This document shows positions 28,041 to 37,272 of a DNA stretch of 64,000 nucleotides, in pieces. Every line of letters begins with the position of its first letter. Position 1 is the first letter of the stretch. The DNA comes from Candidatus Magasanikiibacteriota bacterium (GTDB lineage Bacteria > Patescibacteriota > Patescibacteriia > Magasanikbacterales > GWA2-37-8). Made by a program: the position numbers and the translations under genes. The notes under the pieces were generated by a model. That model was not told the origin of the DNA, searched no databases, and worked only from the letters and a program-made list of their open reading frames with translations. The DNA lies in assembly GCA_943359595.1 (NCBI GenBank), contig CALRIA010000001.1, forward strand, positions 11,654-75,653, in the 5' to 3' direction.

Positions 28041-29576
28041 ATGAGTGATTTGGCTAACAGAACAATTAAAAATTCAATTTATAGTTTTGGAGGATTTTTG
28101 TGGGTGTTATTGTTGTCTTTTTTTTCTTTACCAATTTTGATTCGACATTTAGGTGCGGAACAATATGGAATATATATAACAATAAATGTTGTTTTGGGAT
28201 TATTTGCTTTAATGGAGTTGGGCTTTTCTTATTTACTCAACAAAAAACTTTCTGAAGATTTTTATAATAAAGACGTTGGTGAATTATCCGATTTATTTAG
28301 TGTTACATTTTGGTTTTATTTATTAGTTGGCTTACTTGCTGGTTTGACTGTCGCATTGCTAGGTTCTTTTGTTCCTTCTTTTTTTCATTTATCAGGCGTT
28401 ACAGCTCAGTCTAGCTGGCAATTGTCTACTTTGGCTGGCGCTATTCTTTTTTTACAAATTGCAGTCATGCCACTATCACAAATTCCAGCAGCTTCTCAAC
28501 GTTTTGATATTTTGACTAAAATTAATTTAATCAATCTTACAATCCTTCAATTATCAATGGTCCTCATGGTTTTGTTTGGCTTTGGTATTAGATCGTTGTT
28601 ATTTGTCCAGATGATTTCAGCCATTCTTTTGTTTTTGACCTACATTATAGTTTGGAAAAAATTTGCACCTAGGCTTCTATTATTATGGAATAGCAACTTT
28701 AAATTAGTTTTCATTGAAGCATTTAAAAATGGGCTACCTTTCTTTCTATGCAATGCTATGTTTAATATTCTGAGTCAATTTGACAAATATGTGTTAGGAA
28801 TTTTTTGGGGTCCATCAGCCGTTTCTTTTTATTCTTCCGCTCAGATGTTGCCTAATAAAATTCAAAATGTTTCTTTAAGTCTTTCTCCAGTGTTCTTTCC
28901 AGTTTTTTCCAACGCAGATTATTTACGACAAAAAGAAAAATTAGCAGATATTTTTCGAAGAGGAATTAAGTTTATAATTTATATAACTTCCGGATTGGTC
29001 ACTGTTGTTTTACTTTATGGTTGGGAGCTTCTTCGATATTGGTTGGGACCAGAGTTTGCACTAAACGCCTCATTTTCAATTAGAATTTTAGCCGTATGTT
29101 ATTTTTTTCTTGCCATTTATAGTTTTGTATACTATTTTTTAGGTGGCATAAGACGACCAAAGTTTGCTTTTTATAGTGTTACTCTTATGGCAGCAATTGA
29201 TATGACTATGATGTTTGTATTAATTCCGCGCTATGGGCTAAATGGTGCCTCTGTAGCTTATCTTATTAGTGTCATACCAATAATTGGATATATTTTTTAT
29301 ATTGAAAATAATATTTTTGGTGAGAAATTTATCAGTATATTCAAAAACTATTCAAAAATAGCAACTAAAATTGTTTTTGTAAATTTTTTAGTTGGGGTGG
29401 TTGGTTACTTTTGGTTTACAAAATTTATCAGTGGACTATGGAGTACATTGTTGATTGGCGGTATAACATATTTTATTTTTTTGATGGGCTATTGGATGTT
29501 AGGTTGTGTAGAGAAAAGTGATAGGGAATTGATTAAAAATTATTTTATTTTACAATTTAAAAAAATCATTATTTAG
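28041..29576 (+). CDS. wzx: Oligosaccharide/polysaccharide flippase (Wzx, MOP superfamily)
   Basis: ~511 aa, ~12-14 TM, with the hydrophobicity pattern and size typical of Wzx. Located in a glycan cluster. The ORF is open from 28008; ATG 28041 is preferred. Confidence 0.7.
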   Translation: MSDLANRTIKNSIYSFGGFLWVLLLSFFSLPILIRHLGAEQYGIYITINVVLGLFALMELGFSYLLNKKLSEDFYNKDVGELSDLFSVTFWFYLLVGLLAGLTVALLGSFVPSFFHLSGVTAQSSWQLSTLAGAILFLQIAVMPLSQIPAASQRFDILTKINLINLTILQLSMVLMVLFGFGIRSLLFVQMISAILLFLTYIIVWKKFAPRLLLLWNSNFKLVFIEAFKNGLPFFLCNAMFNILSQFDKYVLGIFWGPSAVSFYSSAQMLPNKIQNVSLSLSPVFFPVFSNADYLRQKEKLADIFRRGIKFIIYITSGLVTVVLLYGWELLRYWLGPEFALNASFSIRILAVCYFFLAIYSFVYYFLGGIRRPKFAFYSVTLMAAIDMTMMFVLIPRYGLNGASVAYLISVIPIIGYIFYIENNIFGEKFISIFKNYSKIATKIVFVNFLVGVVGYFWFTKFISGLWSTLLIGGITYFIFLMGYWMLGCVEKSDRELIKNYFILQFKKIII

Positions 29577-29577
29577 T

Positions 29578-30027
29578 ATGATAGAAGGTGTAATAATAAA
29601 ACAACTTGATAGAGTAATTGATGAGAGAGGTAGTGTCTTGCATATGCTTAAAATTACTGATTCAGAGTTCTTAAAATTTGGAGAAATTTATTTTTCAACT
29701 GCCTATCCTGGTGTAATTAAAGGCTGGCATTTGCACAAACAAATGACTTTAAATTATGCGGTTATTAAAGGATGTATTAAGTTAGTTCTCTATGATAATC
29801 GCGATGATTCACCAACAAAAGGTATTCTGCAACAGGTTTTTATGGGAGAAAAAAATTATTGTTTAGTTGTTATTCCACCTGGAGTATATAACGGTTATAA
29901 ATGTATTGGTACTGAAGAGGCGATTGTTGCCAACTGCGCGACTCATCCTCATACGTCAGATGAAATAGTTCGCCTTGAACCATTTTCAGATAAAATTCCT
30001 TATAATTGGGATATAAAATATGAATAA
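29578..30027 (+). CDS. Cupin-fold NDP-sugar epimerase/ketoisomerase (RmlC/FdtA/WxcM-like)
   Basis: 149 aa. RGSVLHML...KGWHLHKQMTLNYAVIKGCIKLVLYD is an FdtA-type cupin motif. Confidence 0.55.
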   Translation: MIEGVIIKQLDRVIDERGSVLHMLKITDSEFLKFGEIYFSTAYPGVIKGWHLHKQMTLNYAVIKGCIKLVLYDNRDDSPTKGILQQVFMGEKNYCLVVIPPGVYNGYKCIGTEEAIVANCATHPHTSDEIVRLEPFSDKIPYNWDIKYE

Positions 30028-30892
30028 AATTTTAATAACTGGTTCTGGTGGTTTTGTAGGTTCTTATCTCTACCACCTTTTGGCTGATTCTGGTTTCACA
30101 GTTTTTGGAGTAGATAGATCAAAAAAAAATACTGTTGATGAAGTGTTCGATTTGGCTAGCCCTAATAAGCTGGTTTCTGTGTTGAATGAGCTGCAGCCGG
30201 ACACTATTATACATTTGGCGGCATTCTCCGATGTCGAGTTGTGTGAGGTAAATAGCCAGTTAGCTTTTGATTGTAATATATTACCAGTTGCCTTAATTTC
30301 TGATTGGGCTGGTCGCACAGGGGCTAGAGTAATTTTTATTTCTTCGGATTATGTGTTTGATGGAACTAAAGGTGAATATTCTGAAGAAGATATAGAACGT
30401 CCGATTCAGAACTATGGCATGACAAAATTATTTGGTGAAAAATTAGTTTCTGCTTTGCCTAATGGTGTAATTCTGAGACCAACCGTTATTTATGGTTGGG
30501 ATCCTGACGGACTAAACTTCTTTATGCAATTGTTCAATGATCAAATGGGCAAGAAAGATAAAAAAATTCCGACAGATCAAATCAATAACCCAACTTACGT
30601 GAAAGATTTGTGCGAATTAATAAAAAAGATTATTCAGCGCCCAGATATTTCTGGTTTATTTTTAACGACAGGCAGCGAAAGTATGAGTAGATACGAATTT
30701 GCTGAGCGTATATGCGAACAAATGGGTTGGGATAAAAAAATATTAAAGCCGACTAAGACGGAATATTTAGGACAAATTGCCAAGCGTCCGTTGAATAATT
30801 CAACTGATTCTAAAAAAATTTGTGATTTGTTAGGATATAAATTTGATAGTTTGGAGGAAAATCTTAAAAAGATAAAGATGTTGATAGTATAA
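30020..30892 (+). CDS. NDP-4-keto-6-deoxyhexose reductase (RmlD-like SDR)
   Basis: 290 aa. ILITGSGGFVGSYL, SSDYVFDGTKGEYSEEDIERPIQNYGMTKLFGE; RmlD-type Y-x3-K context. Confidence 0.65.
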   Translation: MNKILITGSGGFVGSYLYHLLADSGFTVFGVDRSKKNTVDEVFDLASPNKLVSVLNELQPDTIIHLAAFSDVELCEVNSQLAFDCNILPVALISDWAGRTGARVIFISSDYVFDGTKGEYSEEDIERPIQNYGMTKLFGEKLVSALPNGVILRPTVIYGWDPDGLNFFMQLFNDQMGKKDKKIPTDQINNPTYVKDLCELIKKIIQRPDISGLFLTTGSESMSRYEFAERICEQMGWDKKILKPTKTEYLGQIAKRPLNNSTDSKKICDLLGYKFDSLEENLKKIKMLIV

Positions 30893-30899
30893 ATATTTT

Positions 30900-31841
30900 A
30901 TGTCTGAAAATAGATTAACATTGACTGTGGCTATACCGTCATACAATAAATCTTTATACATCAAAAGGTGTATTGAGAGTATTTTGCGTGATAAAAAATC
31001 AATTGATGAAATAATTTTAGTTGATAATGCATCAACAGATAGCACATATAAAATTGCTAAGGAGTTTGAAAATGATTTAAAATGCTATAAGAATGACAGC
31101 AACCTCGGCATGTCTGGTAATTGGAATAGATGTATTGAATTATGTAAAACTGACTTGTTGATGATATTTCATGCCGATGACGAATTGTTACCTGGTTCTA
31201 TCGATAAATACCGATATTTTTTTGACAAATATCCAAAAGTTGGTTTAGTGCATGCTGATGCAATTTTTATTAAAAATGGTGATTTTGCCTCTGCTATTTA
31301 TCAGAAAACTGATAAAAAAGAAATTAGAAATGCTGGTGAAGAAGCTATTGATATGCCTGGTAATTATTGTTCCACAGTGATAGTTAAAAAAGAAGTTTAT
31401 GATAATCTGAGTGGATTTATGTTAGAATCCTGTGCGTCTGATATAGAGATGTGGAGAAGAATCGGCTCTAAATACGATATTGGTCATATTGGTGAAGCTA
31501 CGGTATACTATCATTCAAATAATGATTCATATGGTTCTGTTTCGCTAGCAACAAGAACAGTGGAAGAGATTCTGAAAGATTGGGATTTGATCAACAAAAA
31601 GGTTATGAGTTATTATCCCGAAAATGTACGCACTAATAAGAAAGAACAGTTGGCCAAAGTGGCCAAGGCTCAGCTCACTAGTGGTTTGGCTGCAGTTTTA
31701 ATGGCAAATATTAAAGCTGGAAAATATAAAAAGTCACTCAAAATAATATTAATGATAATTTTTAAGTACGGTGGTTTTTTTCAATTAGTAAAATTATTTG
31801 GCGACTATTTTGTTTATCGATTTAAAAAATTATTAAAATAA
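30900..31841 (+). CDS. Glycosyltransferase family 2
   Basis: LTVAIPSYNKSLYIKRCIESIL...IILVDNASTDST, FHADDEL (DxD). Confidence 0.8.
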   Translation: MSENRLTLTVAIPSYNKSLYIKRCIESILRDKKSIDEIILVDNASTDSTYKIAKEFENDLKCYKNDSNLGMSGNWNRCIELCKTDLLMIFHADDELLPGSIDKYRYFFDKYPKVGLVHADAIFIKNGDFASAIYQKTDKKEIRNAGEEAIDMPGNYCSTVIVKKEVYDNLSGFMLESCASDIEMWRRIGSKYDIGHIGEATVYYHSNNDSYGSVSLATRTVEEILKDWDLINKKVMSYYPENVRTNKKEQLAKVAKAQLTSGLAAVLMANIKAGKYKKSLKIILMIIFKYGGFFQLVKLFGDYFVYRFKKLLK

Positions 31842-31869
31842 ATATCTAATAATTTCTAAAAATATATTT

Positions 31870-32664
31870 ATGAAAACTATAATTTTATGTGGCGGGACAG
31901 GTACTCGTATGAAAGAGGAAACAGAATTTAGACCAAAACCATTGGTACAGGTTGGAGATATGCCGATTATTTGGCATATCATGAAAATTTATGCTCACTA
32001 TGGGTATAATGATTTCATATTGGCGCTAGGGTATAAGGGAAGTATGATTAAAGATCATTTTTTAAATTGGAGAAATTTTTTAAGTGATTTTACAGTTAAT
32101 ACAAAAACTAATGAAATTACTTACCATAATAATGGTTGTGATGAATTTAAAATTACTTTTGTGGAAACTGGTGCAGATAGTTTGACTGGTGAACGCATTA
32201 GACGTTGTAAAAAATATTTGGATGATGATCAAGAAAATTTTATGGTTACTTATGGCGATGGTGTTGGAGATGTAGATATTAAAAGTTTGGTTGATTTTCA
32301 CAATAATCAAAATACAGTCGGCACTATTACTGGTGTACGTCCAAGCAACCGTTTTGGATTTTTGAATATCGATGAAACGACTAAAAAAGCTAAGGATTTC
32401 TATCAACACAAAATAACCATAAATGAAGCGGCAGAACAAGCCAAAGACCACGTTAATGGTGGATTTATGGTTTTTAAAAAAGAAGCCATTGATTTGATTC
32501 CTGAAAATAGTATGATTGAAAGTATATTCGCTCCATTGGCAGAAAAAGGGGAGATCTCTGTTTATGCCCATCCAGGTAAATGGAAGTGTATGGATACACA
32601 TAAAGAAGTTGAGGAATTAAACGAGTTGTGGATAAAGGATCCATTTTGGAAAACTTGGAATTAA
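31870..32664 (+). CDS. rfbF: Glucose-1-phosphate cytidylyltransferase
   Basis: MKTIILCGGTGTRMKEETEFRPKPLVQVGDMPIIWHIMKIYAHYGYNDFILALGYKG closely follows RfbF/DdhA. Length 264 aa. Confidence 0.9.
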   Translation: MKTIILCGGTGTRMKEETEFRPKPLVQVGDMPIIWHIMKIYAHYGYNDFILALGYKGSMIKDHFLNWRNFLSDFTVNTKTNEITYHNNGCDEFKITFVETGADSLTGERIRRCKKYLDDDQENFMVTYGDGVGDVDIKSLVDFHNNQNTVGTITGVRPSNRFGFLNIDETTKKAKDFYQHKITINEAAEQAKDHVNGGFMVFKKEAIDLIPENSMIESIFAPLAEKGEISVYAHPGKWKCMDTHKEVEELNELWIKDPFWKTWN

Positions 32665-33641
32665 ATTTATTTTACCATATGTCAAATTTATCTAATAAAA
32701 ATATTTTTGTTACTGGCGCCACCGGATTGGTCGGTTCGCACTTGGTGGAAAAATTACTGGAGTTAAAACCTAACAAAATCATTTGTTTATGCCGAAGCAA
32801 AGATCCTTCTTCTTTATTTTATCTAAATCAAACAGATTCACAAGTTGTTTCTGTGTATGGTGATTTAAAAGATAAAGAAAGAATTTTTGATTTAGTTTCA
32901 AAATATGAAATAAATTATATTTTTCATGTTGCCGCTCAGCCAATTGTTCCGACTGCGCTAATTAATCCTTATGAAACTTTAAATACTAATATCATGGGGA
33001 CAGTGAATGTTTTAGAGGCAGCAAGATTGTCACCTTGTATACAAGGTGTTGTGGTGGCATCTAGCGATAAAGCATATGGAAAAGATTGTTTAATGGCAAA
33101 GGAAAGTCATTCCTTGGCAGGGGACCATCCTTATGATGTCTCAAAATCTTGTACTGACCTAATATCACAAACTTATGCTAAAACTTATAATCTGCCAGTA
33201 GCTATAAGTAGGTTCGGTAATATTTACGGAGCAGGAGATTTAAATTTTAATCGAATTATTCCAGGAATAATGAAAGCGGTTGCTGAAAATTCAGTTTTAA
33301 AAATAAGAAGTAATGGACAATTTAAACGTGATTATGTTTACGTTAAAGATGTAGTAGATGGTTATATCTGTCTAGCTGAAAATATAGACAAGATTAAAGG
33401 AGAGGCTTTTAATTTTAGTTCTGGCCAGAATTATTCTGTTATTAATTTAATAGAAAAAATTTCTGAAATTACTAATGTCAAAGTAAAATACGAAATTGTT
33501 AATAATCAGGTAAATGAAATACCTGAACAGAGTTTGAATTTTGAAAAAGCAGAGAATATGCTGGGGTGGAAATCAAAGTTTAATTTTGATCAAGGGATGT
33601 TAGAAACTTTTGAGTGGTATAAAAATCACTTATCTAAATAA
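32628..33641 (+). CDS. rfbG: CDP-glucose 4,6-dehydratase-like SDR
   Basis: NIFVTGATGLVGSHLVEKL, FHVAAQPIV, NIMGTVNVLEA, SSDKAYG, YDVSKSCTDL. Sits directly after rfbF. Alternative non-overlapping start ATG 32679. Confidence 0.7.
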   Translation: MDKGSILENLELNLFYHMSNLSNKNIFVTGATGLVGSHLVEKLLELKPNKIICLCRSKDPSSLFYLNQTDSQVVSVYGDLKDKERIFDLVSKYEINYIFHVAAQPIVPTALINPYETLNTNIMGTVNVLEAARLSPCIQGVVVASSDKAYGKDCLMAKESHSLAGDHPYDVSKSCTDLISQTYAKTYNLPVAISRFGNIYGAGDLNFNRIIPGIMKAVAENSVLKIRSNGQFKRDYVYVKDVVDGYICLAENIDKIKGEAFNFSSGQNYSVINLIEKISEITNVKVKYEIVNNQVNEIPEQSLNFEKAENMLGWKSKFNFDQGMLETFEWYKNHLSK

Positions 33642-33645
33642 TAAT

Positions 33646-34455
33646 ATGGATTCAGCTGGGTTGGCTCTTGAGGCCAAGAAAATTCGTAAAAATATCTTAA
33701 AGATGATTGCAAAAACAAAAAGTTCACACGTTGGATCTTGCTTTAGTATCGTCGATATTTTAACAGTTTTATATAAAAATATTTTATCAATTTCAGATCC
33801 AAATGATCCAAACCGTGATATTTTTATATTGAGCAAAGGCCATGCTGTAGTCGCTCTATATTCTATTTTATTATCTTGTAATATTGTAGGACAAGAAATA
33901 GTGGAAACTTATGCTCAAGACGGGTCAAAACTAGCAGGGCACGCAATTCTTGGTTCCGTACCTGGGATAGAAGCAACCGCAGGTTCTCTTGGGCATGGTT
34001 TGTCATTGGTTGCCGGCTTGGCTTTGGCTAATAAGGGAAATGCAAGGAGTTTTTATTGTTTGCTCGGTGACGGTGAGTGTAATGAAGGGGCTGTTTGGGA
34101 AGCGGCTTCATTTTGTGGGCATTTTAAATTAAATAAAGTTATTGCGATAATTGATTGTAATAAACAACAAGGTCTAGGATACACAGACGATGTTATGAAC
34201 ATGAATAATATGGCAGAGCGTTGGAATGCTTTTGGTTGGGAAGCGATTGAAGTTGACGGTCATAATTATGATGATCTACAGAAAACTTTATTGTATAGTC
34301 ATAGTAATCGTGATTCTCTGAAGCCGTTGGCGATTATCGCACACACCATTAAAGGAAAAGGGGTTTCTTGGATGGAGGATAAACTTGAGTGGCATTATAA
34401 ATCACCAAATGAAGCCCAGCTGGATTTAGCTATTAATGAAATCGATGCTGTATGA
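33646..34455 (+). CDS. Transketolase N-terminal subunit (ThDP-binding half of a split transketolase)
   Basis: SHVGSCFSIVDILTVLY, GHA...LGSVPGIEATAGSLGHGLS, and GDGECNEGAVWEAASFCGHFKLNKVIAIIDCNKQQ (ThDP GDG...N motif). The ORF is open from 33610; ATG 33646 is preferred. Confidence 0.85.
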   Translation: MDSAGLALEAKKIRKNILKMIAKTKSSHVGSCFSIVDILTVLYKNILSISDPNDPNRDIFILSKGHAVVALYSILLSCNIVGQEIVETYAQDGSKLAGHAILGSVPGIEATAGSLGHGLSLVAGLALANKGNARSFYCLLGDGECNEGAVWEAASFCGHFKLNKVIAIIDCNKQQGLGYTDDVMNMNNMAERWNAFGWEAIEVDGHNYDDLQKTLLYSHSNRDSLKPLAIIAHTIKGKGVSWMEDKLEWHYKSPNEAQLDLAINEIDAV

Positions 34456-35369
34456 GGAATGCTATTATTAATGCAATCCATGCCGCCGCTCAAAAAAACA
34501 AAGATATAGTTTTTATAACTGGCGATTTAGGGTATTCTGTTATTGAACAGTTCCAAACAGAGTTACCAAACCAGTTTATTAATGCAGGCATTGCAGAACA
34601 AAATATGATTGGCGTTGCCGCAGGATTGGCTTTGGCAGGTAAGAAAGTTTTTGTATATAGTATTGTACCTTTTGTTACAATGCGTTGTTTTGAACAGATT
34701 AGAATTGATGTTTGTTATCAAAATTTAGATGTGACGTTGATTGGGGTTGGGGGTGGTTTTGCTTACGGTACTCTTGGTACGACCCACTTTGGTCTTGAAG
34801 ATTTGGCGTTGATGCGATCGTTGCCGAATATGAAAATAATAGCACCAGCTGATTCACTTGAGGCCACTAGTTTATTTGAAGAATTAATTAAAATTAATGG
34901 TCCGTGGTATATTAGATTAAATCGTGGTGGCGAAAAAGATATTACCAAACATGCTCTAGTACCGAAGGTTGGTATGGGTTCTGTTTTAAAAGTTGGCTCT
35001 AAGGTAACAATATTCTCAATTGGTGCTATTACAGAAGTTGCACTTGAAGCCGCCACTTTTCTTGAAAAAGATGGAATAGAGACAGAGGTCATTCATCTGC
35101 ACACCCTCAAGCCTCTTGATATTGAAATAATCAAAAATCGCATTGATAAACGAAAGGTCATAGTGACGATTGAGGAGCATACTGTTAATGGTGGGTTAGG
35201 TTCTGCAGTAGCGGAAGTAATCGCAGAAAATTCCATAGCAGTTTCGTTCTGCCGGTTAGGTGTAAATGATGAGTATTTATCTTTTGTTGGTAAGCAAGAT
35301 TTTTTACGAATGAAAGTTGGTTTGTCCGCAAATTTAGTGGCAGAAAAAATAAAAAAACTATGCAAATAA
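34452..35369 (+). CDS. Transketolase C-terminal subunit (pyrimidine-binding half)
   Basis: FINAGIAEQNMIGVAAGLALAGKKVFVYSIVPFV and GTTHFGLEDLALMRSLPNMKIIAPAD. Overlaps the N-terminal subunit gene by 4 bp. Confidence 0.85.
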   Translation: MRNAIINAIHAAAQKNKDIVFITGDLGYSVIEQFQTELPNQFINAGIAEQNMIGVAAGLALAGKKVFVYSIVPFVTMRCFEQIRIDVCYQNLDVTLIGVGGGFAYGTLGTTHFGLEDLALMRSLPNMKIIAPADSLEATSLFEELIKINGPWYIRLNRGGEKDITKHALVPKVGMGSVLKVGSKVTIFSIGAITEVALEAATFLEKDGIETEVIHLHTLKPLDIEIIKNRIDKRKVIVTIEEHTVNGGLGSAVAEVIAENSIAVSFCRLGVNDEYLSFVGKQDFLRMKVGLSANLVAEKIKKLCK

Positions 35370-36253
35370 ATAATAAAATAAAAGTGGCTATTATTGGCAC
35401 TGGCAATATAGGAAGTGACCTGTTGCTTAAGATTCAAAAATCCAACGTTATAACGTGTGGATTATTTGCTGGACGTAATGCTGATTCCGCTGGGATTAAA
35501 TTAGCCAAAGAAATTGGCGTGCCAACTTCTTTTGATTCTATCGGAGCTATAGAACAAGATCCAGATTGTTGCGAAATAGTTTTTGATGCTACCTCTGCTA
35601 AAAATCATATTGAACATGCTCCAATTTTAAAACAATTAGGAAAGTTTGTGATTGATTTGACTCCATCACGAATTGGTAAAATGTGTATTCCAGTTATCAA
35701 TGCAGAAGAAGCCCTTTGTTCTCAGAATATTAATTTGGTTACATGTGGTGGACAGGCATGTGTACCTCTAGCAAAGGTTATTATGGATACTCATCCGGAA
35801 ACTACGTATATTGAAATTGTTGGAAGTATTGCTTCAAAATCTGCCGGCGCTGGAACACGTGCTAATATTGAAGAGTATATGCAGACAACCAAGCAGGCTT
35901 TAGAAAAATTTTCCGGCGTTCCGGAAGCCAAAGTTATTTTAGTTTTCAATCCAGCTGAGCCGCCTGTTTTAATGCATAATACTATTTATGCTAGTATTGC
36001 TAACCCTAATATACAGTTGCTAAAAGAAAATATTGAGAAGATGGCGGAGCTTATAAGGAGCTATGTACCTGGTTATAGAATAACATATGGACCAATAGTT
36101 GATCGGGGAAGAGTGGTTATTACTGTACAAGTGATAGGAAGTGGAGATTTTTTGCCTTTCTATGCTGGCAATTTAGATATTATAACATGTGCGGCAGTAC
36201 AAATGGCCGAAGATTTTGCTAAGAAATCTTTAAAGAATAAATTATATGAATAA
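35360..36253 (+). CDS. Acetaldehyde dehydrogenase (acetylating), DmpF/MhpF family
   Basis: KVAIIGTGNIGSDLLLKI, IVFDATSAKNH, NLVTCGGQACVPL, IASKSAGAGTRANIEEY, LVFNPAEPPVLMHNTIYA, YVPGYR and FYAGNLDIITCAA align along the full length with MhpF. Confidence 0.85.
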   Translation: MQINNKIKVAIIGTGNIGSDLLLKIQKSNVITCGLFAGRNADSAGIKLAKEIGVPTSFDSIGAIEQDPDCCEIVFDATSAKNHIEHAPILKQLGKFVIDLTPSRIGKMCIPVINAEEALCSQNINLVTCGGQACVPLAKVIMDTHPETTYIEIVGSIASKSAGAGTRANIEEYMQTTKQALEKFSGVPEAKVILVFNPAEPPVLMHNTIYASIANPNIQLLKENIEKMAELIRSYVPGYRITYGPIVDRGRVVITVQVIGSGDFLPFYAGNLDIITCAAVQMAEDFAKKSLKNKLYE

Positions 36254-37268
36254 TATCAGATTTTTTGATTCAACTTTACGAGATGGTTCTCATGCTGTTT
36301 CACATAAAATTAGTGCTGAACAAATTCGTGAATATTGTGAAAATATAGATGGAGCTGGATTGTATACGGTTATAGTTGGTCATGGAAATGGGATTGGAGC
36401 CTCGTCTCATCAGGTAGGGTTTTCAGCTGTTAGCGATTTTGAAACTATTTCTATTGCTAAGCAAGCATTAAAAAAAACGCGTTTAGGTATATTTTTTATT
36501 CCTGGATTCGCTACTATTAAAGATGACTTAGAACCAGCGATTAAATTAGGTGTGGATTTGGTATGTGTAGCATCACATTGTACAGAAGCCGATACAACAG
36601 AACAATATATTCGTTATTTGAACACATGTGGTAAAGAGGTCTATGGAGTTTTGATGATGTATCATATGACCACTAAAGAGAGGTTGTTGGAGGAAGCAAT
36701 TAAGATGCAATCATACGGGGCACAAGGTGTAATTATTATGGATTCCGCTGGTGCCTCAATCCCATTATTAGTTTCAGATACAATAAAACATTTAGTTAAA
36801 AATTTGAAAATACCAGTAGGTTTTCATGCTCATAATAATTTGGGAATGGCTGTCGCCAATTCGCTTATAGCACTTGAAAATGGGGCGACAATTATCGACG
36901 GAACTCTGCGTGGATTTGGTGCTGGCGCTGGTAATTGTCAAATAGAAGCTGTTGTTACTGTTTTAAAAAAAATGAATATTGATGCTGGAATAGATTTATA
37001 CAAATTGATGGATGTAAGTGATAATGTTGTAACAAAAATAATGAAAAAGCCACAAGAAATTGATTCAATTGGTTTGATGGGAGGTCTGACTGGAGTATTT
37101 TCAGTTTATGCTTTACCTATTAAACGTGCAGCTGAAAAATATAATGTAGATGCTAGAGATATTTATGTTGAAGTTGGAAAAAGAAAAATAGTCGGTGGAC
37201 AAGAAGATATGATCGTCGAGGTAGCAATAGAATTAGCAAAGAAAAAACAATTATCTAATATTAATTAA
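36246..37268 (+). CDS. 4-hydroxy-2-oxovalerate aldolase-like (DmpG/MhpE family, DRE-TIM)
   Basis: FDSTLRDGSHAVSHKIS, VGHGNG, ASHCTEAD, LMMYHMTT, MDSAGA, GFHAHNNLGMAVANSL, GAGAGNCQIE. The C-terminal channelling domain VEVGKRKIVGGQEDMIVEVAIELAKKK is nearly identical in pattern to MhpE. Confidence 0.85.
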   Translation: MNNIRFFDSTLRDGSHAVSHKISAEQIREYCENIDGAGLYTVIVGHGNGIGASSHQVGFSAVSDFETISIAKQALKKTRLGIFFIPGFATIKDDLEPAIKLGVDLVCVASHCTEADTTEQYIRYLNTCGKEVYGVLMMYHMTTKERLLEEAIKMQSYGAQGVIIMDSAGASIPLLVSDTIKHLVKNLKIPVGFHAHNNLGMAVANSLIALENGATIIDGTLRGFGAGAGNCQIEAVVTVLKKMNIDAGIDLYKLMDVSDNVVTKIMKKPQEIDSIGLMGGLTGVFSVYALPIKRAAEKYNVDARDIYVEVGKRKIVGGQEDMIVEVAIELAKKKQLSNIN

Positions 37269-37272
37269 TATT

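Noticed and set aside
32080-32601. 173-aa minus-strand ORF inside rfbF
   Set aside because: Antisense to a high-confidence rfbF; AT-rich artefact.
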